A DNA stretch of 46,052 nt from positions 1 to 46,052 of the IMG/VR virus record IMGVR_UViG_3300017780_008441. The stretch is one strand, 5' to 3'. The DNA is from a virus (lineage: Duplodnaviria; Caudoviricetes). A program made the translations under genes and the position numbers. Within the stretch, counting starts at the first letter, position 1. Each line of letters starts with the position of its first letter. Positions 8,063 through 17,886 of the stretch are shown here, in pieces. The notes under the pieces are model-generated. The model saw only the letters and a list, made by a program, of their open reading frames with translations, did no database searches and had not been told where the DNA came from.

Positions 8063-9058
8063 ATGAAAACAGGCGAAATCTTTGGTAAAAATTCAGAAGG
8101 GGTCAATCAAATTCTTCCACATAAAAACTTGTGGGCATGGGAATTGTACCGCAAAGGCAAAAACAATCACTGGAATCCTGAAGACATTCCAATGACCAGG
8201 GACATTATGAATTGGAAATCTGATGTATTGTCTGAAGCTGAAAAGCAAGTGGTTAAACGTTGCTTGGGGTTCTTTGCTGGTTCTGAATCATTGGTGGGCA
8301 ACAACTTGGTCACCATGTTCAAACACATTACAGATCCAGAGTGTCGTCAATACATGGCTCGTCAAATCTGGGAAGAGTGTTTGCACAATGATACAGTAGT
8401 ATACATTTGTGATAGTCTCAAACTGGACATCAATGATGTGTATGAAGCTCACAACAACATTCCCAGCATCAAAGCCAAAGATGACTTTTTAATGAGAGTA
8501 ACAAAAACCATCAACAAAGATGTTGATGCATCAACAACGCAAGGTCGCAAAGCCATTACCAAAGCTGCATTCTTGTATTGGGTTGTATGCGAAGGTACTT
8601 TCTTTTTCAGTGGCTTTGCCATGCTGTTGGCACTCAAACATAAAATTCCAGGCATTGGTGAACAAATTGAATACACTTTGCGTGATGAATCTCTGCACAT
8701 TCAGTTTGGTACAGCACTCATCAACAAAGTCAGGGAACAATATCCAGATGTATGGGATGATGAATTTGAGCAAGAGTTGACTGCTTATCTCAAAGAAGCT
8801 GTAGAACTTGAAATTGCATATGCCAAAGATGTATTGGCTCAAGGTGTATTGGGTCTCAATGCTGATATGTTCATTGAATACATGCAATACATTGGCAACA
8901 GACGTCTGGAAAATGTTGGCATGAAGTTTAGATTTGCCAATGATAAAAATCCTTTTGACTTCTTGTCTGAAGTTCAAGATCTCATCAAAGCCAAAAACTT
9001 TTTTGAGAGCAGAGTCATTGATTATCAGTCTGCAGGTGCACTGGATGATGACTTTTGA
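8063..9058 (+). CDS. nrdB: Ribonucleotide reductase beta subunit, class Ic-like (no radical Tyr)
   Basis: FFAGSESLVGNN, EECLHNDTV, EGTFFFSGF, RDESLH, NFFESRVIDYQ. Confidence 0.95.
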   Translation: MKTGEIFGKNSEGVNQILPHKNLWAWELYRKGKNNHWNPEDIPMTRDIMNWKSDVLSEAEKQVVKRCLGFFAGSESLVGNNLVTMFKHITDPECRQYMARQIWEECLHNDTVVYICDSLKLDINDVYEAHNNIPSIKAKDDFLMRVTKTINKDVDASTTQGRKAITKAAFLYWVVCEGTFFFSGFAMLLALKHKIPGIGEQIEYTLRDESLHIQFGTALINKVREQYPDVWDDEFEQELTAYLKEAVELEIAYAKDVLAQGVLGLNADMFIEYMQYIGNRRLENVGMKFRFANDKNPFDFLSEVQDLIKAKNFFESRVIDYQSAGALDDDF

Positions 9059-9092
9059 GTTGATTTCAGCAACAATTTAAATAATATAATAC

Positions 9093-9668
9093 ATGCTTAA
9101 TAATAACACACCGTTGGGCGCATCAGAAGATTCTGACAGCGAATTTCTGAGAGTGGTTGACAACAACGTTTGGTTTTACAGTGACATTGATTTTGAGCCA
9201 TGTTTGGCCCTCAATGTTGAATTGAGGAAGTTGGACAAGCAGTTGTCATCAGCACATTCTGGTGTTGGTACACCCACCATCAACTTGCGCATCAACTCCT
9301 TTGGTGGTTCAGTGCTTGCAGCATTTGCAGTCATTGATACCATCAGGGATCTCAAATGCAATGTTCACTCCATTGTAGAAGGCAGTGCAGCCAGTGCTGC
9401 AACGCTCATTTCTTGCATGTGCAAACAACGCAGCATGGGCAAATTTTCATTCATGTTGATTCATCAATTGAGTGCTGAAGCAGGTGGCAAAATGGTGGAG
9501 ATGGAAGATGACATCAAGAATGCTCGTCAGTTCATGGAAGTCATTCGCAACATCTACAAAAAATACAGCAAAATCAACACCAAGAAAATTGATGAGATTC
9601 TGAAAAGTGACATTTGGTTGAGTGCTGACCAGTGCCTGGAATATGGTTTGGTGGATGCCATCATTTAA
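9093..9668 (+). CDS. clpP: ClpP-like protease subunit
   Basis: INSFGGSV, GSAASAAT (catalytic Ser), MLIHQ (His), DIWLSADQCLEYGLVD (Asp). Confidence 0.85.
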   Translation: MLNNNTPLGASEDSDSEFLRVVDNNVWFYSDIDFEPCLALNVELRKLDKQLSSAHSGVGTPTINLRINSFGGSVLAAFAVIDTIRDLKCNVHSIVEGSAASAATLISCMCKQRSMGKFSFMLIHQLSAEAGGKMVEMEDDIKNARQFMEVIRNIYKKYSKINTKKIDEILKSDIWLSADQCLEYGLVDAII

Positions 9669-11983
9669 GCTTTGCTGCCATGCGTTGGTGCACTGGCAGC
9701 TGCTGGTACATCACCTTTGTTCAACCCAGCTGCAGCACTTCTGACTGCAGCTGGGTTGCCTACCAATGTGAGTGGCACATTGACAAATACATGGCTGTGA
9801 TCATACAGCTGAACTGCATTGGGTGTTGCACGTGCTACAACACTGCCGCCCATGGAGTCTATGCCTATAACAGTACCTGCTACCAGTTGACCAAAGCAAG
9901 TTGTCAATTGAGTTTGTTGCATTTCCAGTGGTGCTGTAATGTGATTGACAAACAGTTCACCTTCAATGTGTGCACCACCACCAACAATGAGATTGTTTTT
10001 GACGCCCATGCTGCTGCCAATGAATACTTGTTTGTTGTTGCTTTGTCTCAAAGTCAGAACACTGGCTGAAATTTCCAATGCTCCAGCTGCTGTAAGTTTC
10101 AAATCACCGCCACTGCCAATGACTGTTTGGTGAGCACCAGCAACTGTGACCATGGCTCCGCCAATGTTGCATTGCCCTGTTGTCTGCATGTTTATTCCAC
10201 CGCTCCCCACTGTTACACTGAATTGATTACCAATGGTTAGATTGTAATTGCCACAAGGGAAAGCTGATTGTATGGGCTCTGCATGTTTGTGTTGTTTGTA
10301 TCCTGCAAATGGTGCACCTGATGAAATGAGCATCTCATTTTGGCTGGCTCGTCCTGCATCATCAATGCGAACACCTGGAAAGTTGTTGAATGATTGACCA
10401 ATTACTTCTATTTTGTGTCTGGTGACTTCCACAATGTAATCTCCACCCATGCCCAATTTTTTCTCTATTTTGGCCAAGTCAGTTGCAATGTCTTTCTCCA
10501 TGTTGGATGCATTGCTGTATGCATCATTGGGCTCCCAATCACCACCTTGTGATGATGGAGATGATTCACCATTGCCACTGTAGTTGCCAGAGCCATTGAC
10601 ACCAGCAGCATTGACAATGGTTTCAGGAGTCAACTCCACTGGTTCTGGCTTGGCACCAGCAGCTGCAGCAGCAGCACCAGCAGCATAAGAGTTGTTGGTT
10701 ACATTGTTGGTGCTGTTGTTGACTACCAGAGGACCAGGAGGGGCTGCAGCACCATAGTTGAGTGCAGTGGGATTGGAACCCAAAGCAGGATATGCTGCAG
10801 CAGTTCCTTTGGCTTGTTTGTTGGAAGTGCCAGGTGTCAATGCATTGGACTGCTCAGGAGGTGTCACTCGTTGTGTGCTGAAGCCTGCACGTGCATATGC
10901 AGTTGGTGCATATTTGTCTTTCCATTCTTTGAGTGCACCAGCAACACCACTGCCCAATCCTACACGCAAATAATGTGTTTCATCCACATACAAGTTGTAG
11001 TCTTTTTTGATGCCTGTATTTTTTGCAAAGTTTATAGACTCATATTGGTCACCATTGACCAGAATTTGTTGATGTGTATTGCTGAACAAAGATGTAACAT
11101 CATTGTTGAATTCTAAAAATGAACCACCATGATGTGTGATGTTGACTTTGCGAAAATGATCTGTATCACTGATGCTGATGCTGCCTCCAGGACTAGCAAC
11201 AGTGTATCCACCACGTTTGATTTTGTCTACATCTTCTGCTTCATTGTTTTCATATGCACCAGGATAATCCACACCTGGCGTCAAACCATAATCAGTGGAT
11301 ACAGAAGACCAATCTGCAGCACCATAACTGAATGCAAAATAAACAGGTCTTTGCATGTCACCACCTTCAAAACTGCACCACACATGAGCACCTACATTGG
11401 GAACGCTCATGGTACCACCAGTAGAGTTGCCATGTGGGTTGGGATAATACATGCGACCAAATGCATTGACTTTGCGAATGGGTTGACCACGTGCTCCTTG
11501 TGCAGCTTCAAAATAGTCAACCACTTGATATTCACTGTCAGGATTTTGCTTGGCTAAAATGCTGCTGGTTTTTTGTCCTACATCATCAGCATTGGTTTTA
11601 ACATCAGATGTACTGCCTGCATCACCATATTTAGCATCATTGAACTGACCACTGGAGGTGGATGCATCATTGCTGTGTTGCAATGAACCTGCAGATCCTG
11701 GACCAATCAAAGGAGATGCTTGTTCACCCCATGGCAGTTTCTTTTTGATTTCCTCAAATTGTTCTCTGTTGATGTTGCCGCCTCCTGCAGTTGCAGGAAA
11801 ATTTACAATGATGGATTCATTCTGTGGTGATGATTTGTCAGCAAACAAGCTGTACATGTTGGGGTATGAAGCTTGTGTCAAAATTTTGACGCATCCACGA
11901 CGCTGTGGATCATTGTTTTGAACTACAACACCACGTGTCAGTCCATAGTATTTTTCTGTGTGAGGATTTTGAAGTGATTCCAT
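9665..11983 (-). CDS. gp5: Baseplate hub/spike protein, T4 gp5/VgrG-like OB fold plus beta-helix, without a lysozyme domain
   Basis: YYGLTRGVVVQNNDPQRRGCVK and PNVGAHVWCSFEGGDMQRPVYFA OB-fold motifs; VxG-type repeats; C-terminal HSH; likely start MESLQ at 11983. Confidence 0.75.
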   Translation of the reverse strand: MESLQNPHTEKYYGLTRGVVVQNNDPQRRGCVKILTQASYPNMYSLFADKSSPQNESIIVNFPATAGGGNINREQFEEIKKKLPWGEQASPLIGPGSAGSLQHSNDASTSSGQFNDAKYGDAGSTSDVKTNADDVGQKTSSILAKQNPDSEYQVVDYFEAAQGARGQPIRKVNAFGRMYYPNPHGNSTGGTMSVPNVGAHVWCSFEGGDMQRPVYFAFSYGAADWSSVSTDYGLTPGVDYPGAYENNEAEDVDKIKRGGYTVASPGGSISISDTDHFRKVNITHHGGSFLEFNNDVTSLFSNTHQQILVNGDQYESINFAKNTGIKKDYNLYVDETHYLRVGLGSGVAGALKEWKDKYAPTAYARAGFSTQRVTPPEQSNALTPGTSNKQAKGTAAAYPALGSNPTALNYGAAAPPGPLVVNNSTNNVTNNSYAAGAAAAAAGAKPEPVELTPETIVNAAGVNGSGNYSGNGESSPSSQGGDWEPNDAYSNASNMEKDIATDLAKIEKKLGMGGDYIVEVTRHKIEVIGQSFNNFPGVRIDDAGRASQNEMLISSGAPFAGYKQHKHAEPIQSAFPCGNYNLTIGNQFSVTVGSGGINMQTTGQCNIGGAMVTVAGAHQTVIGSGGDLKLTAAGALEISASVLTLRQSNNKQVFIGSSMGVKNNLIVGGGAHIEGELFVNHITAPLEMQQTQLTTCFGQLVAGTVIGIDSMGGSVVARATPNAVQLYDHSHVFVNVPLTLVGNPAAVRSAAAGLNKGDVPAAASAPTHGSKA

Positions 11984-11984
11984 G

Positions 11985-12611
11985 TTACATGTTTTGAATT
12001 GCAATTGATTTTCTAGCTTTGTCCAATGCATTGAGATTGCTGTCAATGAAGTTGGTTACAACATTGGCTTTGCTGCCAACTTGTGTTATTTTGCTGGTAA
12101 TGTTATCTGCAATGCTATTTATTTTACCTGTCACATTGTTCAACGATGTCAACTGGCTGCCAAGATTTTTTGGGCTGAGATTTGCTACACTGTTGATGAC
12201 ACAAGACAAAAGATTACCAGCTGCAAATTTGCAGTTTTCTTGATTCTTGATGTAATCCAATGCTTCAGCAGCTTTGTCATCAATGCTGGCTAAAAACTGT
12301 TTGATGTCATTGAGAGTTGCAAACAACTCCTGAATCAGCTTGAGCTGTTGATTGATGAGTGCAGCAGCTGCACCCAACACTTGATTGACTGCATCTTGAA
12401 CAGCAGACAATACCATGCCTGCCACTGCACTGGCTAGCTGAGCTGCAGCTTGTGCAGCAACCCCCAGCAAATTGGTAGTTGCAACAGTGGATGCAAAACT
12501 ACTGAACAATGAAGGAATGCACATGATGCCTTTGGCAACACTGGTGATGCGATCAAATGTGTCACTTGCTGCAGCCAGCAATCCTCCGACTTTGGTTCTA
12601 AATGGTAACAT
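11985..12611 (-). CDS. Hypothetical helical virion protein upstream of gp5
   Basis: 208 aa; late-promoter core at 12617-12623 (- strand). Confidence 0.75.
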   Translation of the reverse strand: MLPFRTKVGGLLAAASDTFDRITSVAKGIMCIPSLFSSFASTVATTNLLGVAAQAAAQLASAVAGMVLSAVQDAVNQVLGAAAALINQQLKLIQELFATLNDIKQFLASIDDKAAEALDYIKNQENCKFAAGNLLSCVINSVANLSPKNLGSQLTSLNNVTGKINSIADNITSKITQVGSKANVVTNFIDSNLNALDKARKSIAIQNM

Positions 12612-12660
12612 ATTTTTATTTATGTTGTTGAAACAATACAGAGTGGTATTATATTAGAGT

Positions 12661-13458
12661 ATGATAATCAGACGAGCTCATGAAGCACCCATAAGTCAAC
12701 TCAATGCATTGTATGAATACAATGATTATGAATATTGTTTAGTTCATTTGCTGGATCAACATCCAGAATATCTCAACTTTTTCAAAACAGCAATTGCGTG
12801 TGGCAAGGATGTTTTGTTGGACAACAGCATCTTTGAACTAGGAACTGCATACAATGCTGAGTCATTCATCAAATGGATTGAGCAACTGCAGCCAACTTAT
12901 TATGTTGTACCTGACAAGCTTGAAGAAGGATATGCTACATGCAGCATGTTTGATGACTTTTTGCAAATGATCGTGCCACCTGGTGTGCGCATTGGTGTAG
13001 TGCAGGGCAAGACATACAATGAATTGTCTGAGTGTTACAAATACATGAGCAGCAAGGCTGATTATTTAGCATTGAGCTTTGACTTGTCATACTATGAGTA
13101 CACTGGCACAGGTGCAACAAAACTTGAGAGACAGTGCACTGGACGTCAACGTCTGGTAAAACAGCTCATTGTTGATGGTTTTTGGAATCATAATAAACCT
13201 CATCATTTGTTGGGATGCTCTCTTGCCAAAGAATTTAGATTCTATGTGCAAAACAACATCAAGAGCATTTACTCTTGCGATACCAGCAATCCTGTTGTTG
13301 CAGCCATCAAAGGCTATAGATACAGTGGTGAGTTTGGACTCAACTTCAAGCCACAACAAAAGCTGCATGAGCTCATTGATTATGAAATGAGTGATGATCA
13401 GCTGGATGATATGCATTACAACATCAAACAGTTTGGCAAAATTGTTGCTGGTGAGTAA
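12661..13458 (+). CDS. TGT-fold/DpdA-like 7-deazaguanine transglycosylase family protein
   Basis: LLDNSIFE, YVVPD, IGVVQG, HHLLGC and SCDTS follow the TGT barrel motif order; clustered with queF. Confidence 0.65.
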   Translation: MIIRRAHEAPISQLNALYEYNDYEYCLVHLLDQHPEYLNFFKTAIACGKDVLLDNSIFELGTAYNAESFIKWIEQLQPTYYVVPDKLEEGYATCSMFDDFLQMIVPPGVRIGVVQGKTYNELSECYKYMSSKADYLALSFDLSYYEYTGTGATKLERQCTGRQRLVKQLIVDGFWNHNKPHHLLGCSLAKEFRFYVQNNIKSIYSCDTSNPVVAAIKGYRYSGEFGLNFKPQQKLHELIDYEMSDDQLDDMHYNIKQFGKIVAGE

Positions 13459-13472
13459 GTACCAATTACATT

Positions 13473-14105
13473 ATGAGAAACATTAATTTACCTAAAATGC
13501 GAGTATATGTCAGAGGCGATGCTTTTGGCATGAGTGAAAATGAATTTGAACCAGCATGGCTGGTATCAGTGAGAGCGCTGCGCAACAAGCCATTTTGTTT
13601 TCAGGTGTGGGTTGACAAGTATGCAGCTTGTTATGATAAAATTCCTCCTCAATGTCTGTACTGGTACAAGCCAGATGCAGATCATGATGCATTGCCTTTA
13701 CACAAAGTTCAGATGTGGGAATGTTTGTCTGGCTCAGTAGAGTTGTGGCAAAAGTCACAACTGGCTGATGTTCCTTGCATCATCAACATGGGCAAAGGTT
13801 GCAAACCTGCAGTGGGACATTATTGCTTCACTGTGGACTATTTGCCTGACCAACAAACCATTGGATACATTGACATTGGAGATGTTGAATTGATGCAAGA
13901 ACACAAAGAAGCCAACTTCATTAAACTCAGCAATGGTCAATTTGCTATTTACCCTAATAACAGAATCAAATGGCTGCCTGTATCATTGACAGGCGAAAAT
14001 GCTGCTAAAACTATTCCACCTTGGAAAGTAGCAACCAATGAACAGTGGGATGAGTGGTGGACTGATTCTGATGAGTTGCTTGGTGATGCAGAGTGGGCAT
14101 ATTAA
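13473..14105 (+). CDS. Conserved phage hypothetical protein inside the modification cluster
   Basis: 210 aa, Trp-rich, NGQFAIYPNNRIKW motif. Confidence 0.8.
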   Translation: MRNINLPKMRVYVRGDAFGMSENEFEPAWLVSVRALRNKPFCFQVWVDKYAACYDKIPPQCLYWYKPDADHDALPLHKVQMWECLSGSVELWQKSQLADVPCIINMGKGCKPAVGHYCFTVDYLPDQQTIGYIDIGDVELMQEHKEANFIKLSNGQFAIYPNNRIKWLPVSLTGENAAKTIPPWKVATNEQWDEWWTDSDELLGDAEWAY

Positions 14106-14112
14106 ACATTGA

Positions 14113-14670
14113 ATGTACGTTATGAATAAAAAACAACGCTGGGTAGCTTTATTTTCACAATCAGGCAGTGAGTTGAGAGCCATTTGTCAACAACTCAAAA
14201 GATCTCCTGACTTGATCATTACCAACAGCAGTCAAGACATTGATTTTCATCAATTTGATTGCAAGAATTATGTCAAAGCCAGAGGATTTAAAAATGATGA
14301 CAAGTTCTACAATGACATTTTGAATGCATACAGCATTGCATCTCAAGATTGCATTGTAACTTGTCATGGTTGGCTCAAAATTATTCCTGCTGCTACATGT
14401 CTCAAATATCAGATTTACAATGGGCATCCTGGTGACATTGTCAAGTATCCAGAACTCAAAGGCAAAGATCCACAACAAAAAGCATTTGACATGAAATTGA
14501 CTCATTCAGGCACTGTTATTCATCGCGTCACTGCACAAGTGGATGCAGGTCCCATTGTGTTGCATGATGCAGTTAAAATAGTTGAATGCAAAACAGTGGA
14601 TCAAGTCATTGACAAACTTAAAAAGCAATCAATAAAGCAGTGGATTACACTGCTAAATACACTACTATAA
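14113..14670 (+). CDS. PurN-like formyltransferase (candidate DpdN-type preQ1 formyltransferase)
   Basis: ALFSQSGS, CHGWLKIIP, YNGHPG, SGTVIHRVTAQVDAGPI are formyl_trans_N motifs. Confidence 0.8.
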   Translation: MYVMNKKQRWVALFSQSGSELRAICQQLKRSPDLIITNSSQDIDFHQFDCKNYVKARGFKNDDKFYNDILNAYSIASQDCIVTCHGWLKIIPAATCLKYQIYNGHPGDIVKYPELKGKDPQQKAFDMKLTHSGTVIHRVTAQVDAGPIVLHDAVKIVECKTVDQVIDKLKKQSIKQWITLLNTLL

Positions 14671-14673
14671 TTT

Positions 14674-15210
14674 ATGATCATTAGTTTTACAGGTGCACAG
14701 TCCACGGGCAAAAGTACATTGCTTGCTCAATGTCAACAACATTATGGCAAACGATTCAAATATGTAGAAGAAGTAACCAGATTAGTCAAACGCAAATACA
14801 AAGTTCCCATCAATGAATATGGCAACAATGCAACGCAGACGTTGATTGTTAATCAGCACATCATCAACTCACTCAAGTACAAGAGCAATGTCATCATGGA
14901 CAGATGCATCATTGATGGCATTGTTTATACCAGTTGGCTTGCCAGCAAAGGTCAAGTGGAGAGCTGGGTTGTGGATTATGCATTCAATGTTGGAAAAATG
15001 TTGGCATCAAAACTAGACATTATATTCCATTGCGTACCAGATTTTGAGCTGGTCAAGGATGGAGAAAGGTCTGAAGATGCAGATTTTAGAAATGAAATCT
15101 GCAACATGATGAACCATATTTTAGCTCAAGAACAATTCAAAAATAAAACTATTAAACTGCATGGCAATGTTGAGCAGCGCATGCAGATTATCCAAGATAC
15201 AATCAAATAA
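14674..15210 (+). CDS. P-loop nucleotide kinase (AAA_28/thymidylate-kinase-like)
   Basis: GAQSTGKST Walker A, IMDRCIID, DGERS lid motif. Confidence 0.8.
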   Translation: MIISFTGAQSTGKSTLLAQCQQHYGKRFKYVEEVTRLVKRKYKVPINEYGNNATQTLIVNQHIINSLKYKSNVIMDRCIIDGIVYTSWLASKGQVESWVVDYAFNVGKMLASKLDIIFHCVPDFELVKDGERSEDADFRNEICNMMNHILAQEQFKNKTIKLHGNVEQRMQIIQDTIK

Positions 15211-15213
15211 ATT

Positions 15214-16128
15214 ATGGCACTACAACAACTAGACAACAGCAACATCAACGTTCATCTGGGCAAATCCTCAGAATATAAATCACAATATGATGCATCATTA
15301 TTAGTGAGAGAACCACGCAGCAACAATCGCAAACATCTCAACATTCAAGATGATGCATTGCCATTTTATGGCAATGATACATGGAATGCTTATGAAGTAT
15401 CTGCTCTTACCAACAGTGGAGTTCCTGTTGTTGGCATTGGTAAAATTGTATATCCTTGCTCCAGCAAATACATTGTTGAATCCAAGTCATTGAAGCTCTA
15501 CTTCAACTCATTCAATATGACCAAGCTGGGTGCAACTCAGGAAGAAGTTCGTCAAAAGATTGCAGATCTTGCACAAAAAGATCTTGGTGAACTCTTGGAG
15601 ACTGAAGTGCAAGTAGCAATTCATTCCAATGCAGATGTTGTTGCAGATCAGAGCAACATTTATGATGAATATTTTGATGAAAGTACTGTTACCCTTGAAG
15701 ATGAATACAATCCAGGTAAAGTAACAGTTTATCAAGAGACGCCAGGGCTTCTTGAAGTGCAAGACATTGATGCACCAACATCATTTAAATATCATAGTGC
15801 ATTGCTCAAGAGCAATTGTCGCGTAACTTCTCAGCCAGACTGGGGTGATGTATTCATTCATTACAAAGGCAACAAAACAGCTACACCTGAATCGCTTTTG
15901 AAATACATCATCTCATTCCGTGATGAATGTCACTTTCATGAAGAAATTTGTGAAACTCTTTACAAGAGGCTCAGTGATGCTCTTGTGCCACAAGAATTGA
16001 GTGTATTTTGTTTGTATGCTCGTCGTGGTGGCATTGACATCAATCCAGAGAGAGTTTCCAGTGAGACATTGTTGCATGGTGCACTGAGCAACACTGAATA
16101 CAGTCACATCAAGATGCCCAAGCAATAG
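15214..16128 (+). CDS. queF: NADPH-dependent 7-cyano-7-deazaguanine reductase, bimodular type
   Basis: DTWNAYEVS, VESKSLKLYFNSF (QueF motif), KSNCRVTSQPDWG, FHEEICE, YARRGGIDINP. Confidence 0.93.
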   Translation: MALQQLDNSNINVHLGKSSEYKSQYDASLLVREPRSNNRKHLNIQDDALPFYGNDTWNAYEVSALTNSGVPVVGIGKIVYPCSSKYIVESKSLKLYFNSFNMTKLGATQEEVRQKIADLAQKDLGELLETEVQVAIHSNADVVADQSNIYDEYFDESTVTLEDEYNPGKVTVYQETPGLLEVQDIDAPTSFKYHSALLKSNCRVTSQPDWGDVFIHYKGNKTATPESLLKYIISFRDECHFHEEICETLYKRLSDALVPQELSVFCLYARRGGIDINPERVSSETLLHGALSNTEYSHIKMPKQ

Positions 16129-16162
16129 TTTGTTGCGCCGCTTAGCAACACAAAACCATGTT

Positions 16163-16192
16163 GGAGCCAGTAGAAATACTGGCTCCTTTTTT
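16163..16192 (+). terminator. Rho-independent terminator after queF
   Basis: GGAGCCAGTA-GAAA-TACTGGCTCC followed by TTTTTT. Confidence 0.9.
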
Positions 16193-16193
16193 G

Positions 16194-16222
16194 TTGATTG
16201 TTCATGGGAAACAATGTAATGT
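16194..16222 (+). promoter_or_regulatory. Sigma70-like promoter candidate for uvsE
   Basis: TTGATT-N17-TAATGT immediately after the terminator, 5 nt before ATG 16228. Confidence 0.4.
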
Positions 16223-16227
16223 ATTGT

Positions 16228-17160
16228 ATGATGAATTACGATTTAGGACTGTGTTGCATGTCACTGATGCTCAAAGAAAGAGACATAAATTTTCAAACTA
16301 TGACTTACACTCAGTTTGTCAAACTGCCGCGACAACAAGCCATGCAGACATTGAGCAAACGCATTCAAAACAATTTCAATGTTGTTGCTGCCACTGTGCA
16401 TCACTGTGCAGCATTGGGCATCAAAAGGTACAGACTTTCATCTGATTTGATACCAGTCATCAATCATCCTGATGTTCAACTCAGCATTGATGATTTTGCA
16501 GATGCTCAAGACATTTACAACAGCATCAATGTTGCCAAGCAAGCCATCAAAAGCACCAACATGAGGACCAGTTCACATCCTCCAGAGTTCATTTCATTGA
16601 CCAGTGACAATGAGCGAATCATTGCCAACAGCATTCGTGATTTGGAGATGCATGCACTGGTGTTCAAATTGCTGCAATTGCCTGAATCTCATGAATCACC
16701 TTTCAACATTCATGTTCGCAAACAAGGTGATGCACAACAACTTGCAGATGTATTTCTTGCCAACTTGGACAAATGTTCTGATGCTGTCAAAAAGCGACTG
16801 GTATTAGAAGTCAATGACAATAAAAATGGATTGTGGACCATCAGCAATTTATACAAATACTTTTACAAGGCTGCAAATATTCCGGTGACATATGATACTT
16901 TGCACCATACCATGATAAGAGATGCAATGCCTCATGCAGAAGCATTTGAAATGGCTCACTCAACTTGGCCATGCAGGCCTGTTTTTCATTACAGTGAAGG
17001 CATCAATGGCACCAGGTCACATGCTGATTATGCAACAGGCTTGCCAGTGGATTATGGCAAGCCTGTGGATTATGAAGTAGAATTAAAAGCCAAAGACTTG
17101 GCCATTATGCCAATGCTTAAACGTATCCAAGCAACAACAAGCGTCGGGTACGCGGACTAA
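16228..17160 (+). CDS. uvsE: UV-damage endonuclease UvsE/UVDE
   Basis: LGLCC, YRLSSDLIP, RTSSHP, NIHV, RLVLEVND, TYDTLHH, FHYSE, RSHADY, EVELKAKDLA. Confidence 0.9.
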   Translation: MMNYDLGLCCMSLMLKERDINFQTMTYTQFVKLPRQQAMQTLSKRIQNNFNVVAATVHHCAALGIKRYRLSSDLIPVINHPDVQLSIDDFADAQDIYNSINVAKQAIKSTNMRTSSHPPEFISLTSDNERIIANSIRDLEMHALVFKLLQLPESHESPFNIHVRKQGDAQQLADVFLANLDKCSDAVKKRLVLEVNDNKNGLWTISNLYKYFYKAANIPVTYDTLHHTMIRDAMPHAEAFEMAHSTWPCRPVFHYSEGINGTRSHADYATGLPVDYGKPVDYEVELKAKDLAIMPMLKRIQATTSVGYAD

Positions 17161-17509
17161 CCTCAGCATTTATGAATGTTGCAGCAGTTACATTCTGAAC
17201 AGTGGATGTACTGAATGCAGTTGTCAATGTCACTAGTGAGGTAGAACGGTCTAAATATTCAAGTGCAATTTGGCGAGTGTTATAACTGGTGCTAACTCGG
17301 ATACTGAATCCACTGCCTGCAGATAGAGTCTGTTTGCCACTGAAAGGATTTGTGAGAGTGTTATAAAGAACTGCAACTACTTGTTTGCCACCTACTGTGC
17401 CAAATGAACGGACATCAATGGAATTGTCAATTGCAGAAAGAGATGTACCCAGCAAAGATGGATTGTATGCTGTTGAATCGCGAAGTTCGTATGTAAAATT
17501 GCTTGCCAT
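17117..17509 (-). CDS. Hypothetical late (virion) protein
   Basis: 130 aa, S/T-rich; late-promoter core at 17515-17521. Confidence 0.75.
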   Translation of the reverse strand: MASNFTYELRDSTAYNPSLLGTSLSAIDNSIDVRSFGTVGGKQVVAVLYNTLTNPFSGKQTLSAGSGFSIRVSTSYNTRQIALEYLDRSTSLVTLTTAFSTSTVQNVTAATFINAEVSPRTRRLLLLGYV

Positions 17510-17548
17510 GTTATTATTTATTCAATGCATGTTGCATAATTACAAGAG

Positions 17549-17848
17549 TCACCAATTCTTGCAGGAAAAATATTTTGCAGTTCCAGGCTTGGCACTGGAG
17601 CATTTGTGACGTGCTCTAAAAGACTTTCTCTTCTTTGCATTGGATTTTTTGATTCTCAAATTGGGATCACCATAATGTACACGTTTCAGCTTGCCATCTA
17701 CACGAGCACAACGCATATATTTTTTATCGTTGCGAGTTGAAGATTGTTGGCCAGTCACTTTGGTGCACCTTGCACCTTTGCCTTCTTCAAAGATGTTTTC
17801 TGCATTGTGCATCAACTGCTCAAAAAGTGCATCGAATTGTGTAGTCAT
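17549..17848 (-). CDS. Basic Cys-containing T4-like head-associated protein
   Basis: KRVHYGDPNLRIKKSN...RKSFRARHKC...KYFSCKNW module seen in T4-like phages (recall); TAAATA at 17854-17859. Confidence 0.8.
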   Translation of the reverse strand: MTTQFDALFEQLMHNAENIFEEGKGARCTKVTGQQSSTRNDKKYMRCARVDGKLKRVHYGDPNLRIKKSNAKKRKSFRARHKCSSAKPGTAKYFSCKNW

Positions 17849-17886
17849 ATGCGTATTTAAGCATCTGCAACATAAATATAAACATT

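Noticed and set aside
5281-9058. Intein, intron or homing endonuclease in nrdA/nrdB
   Set aside because: Both are normal length and uninterrupted; the 7770-8039 ORF shows no HNH, GIY-YIG or LAGLIDADG motif.
14113-14670. Genuine purine-biosynthesis purN auxiliary gene
   Set aside because: Divergent motifs (SQSGS, NGHPG) and its position between a TGT-like gene and queF favour a base-modification role; no other pur genes are present.
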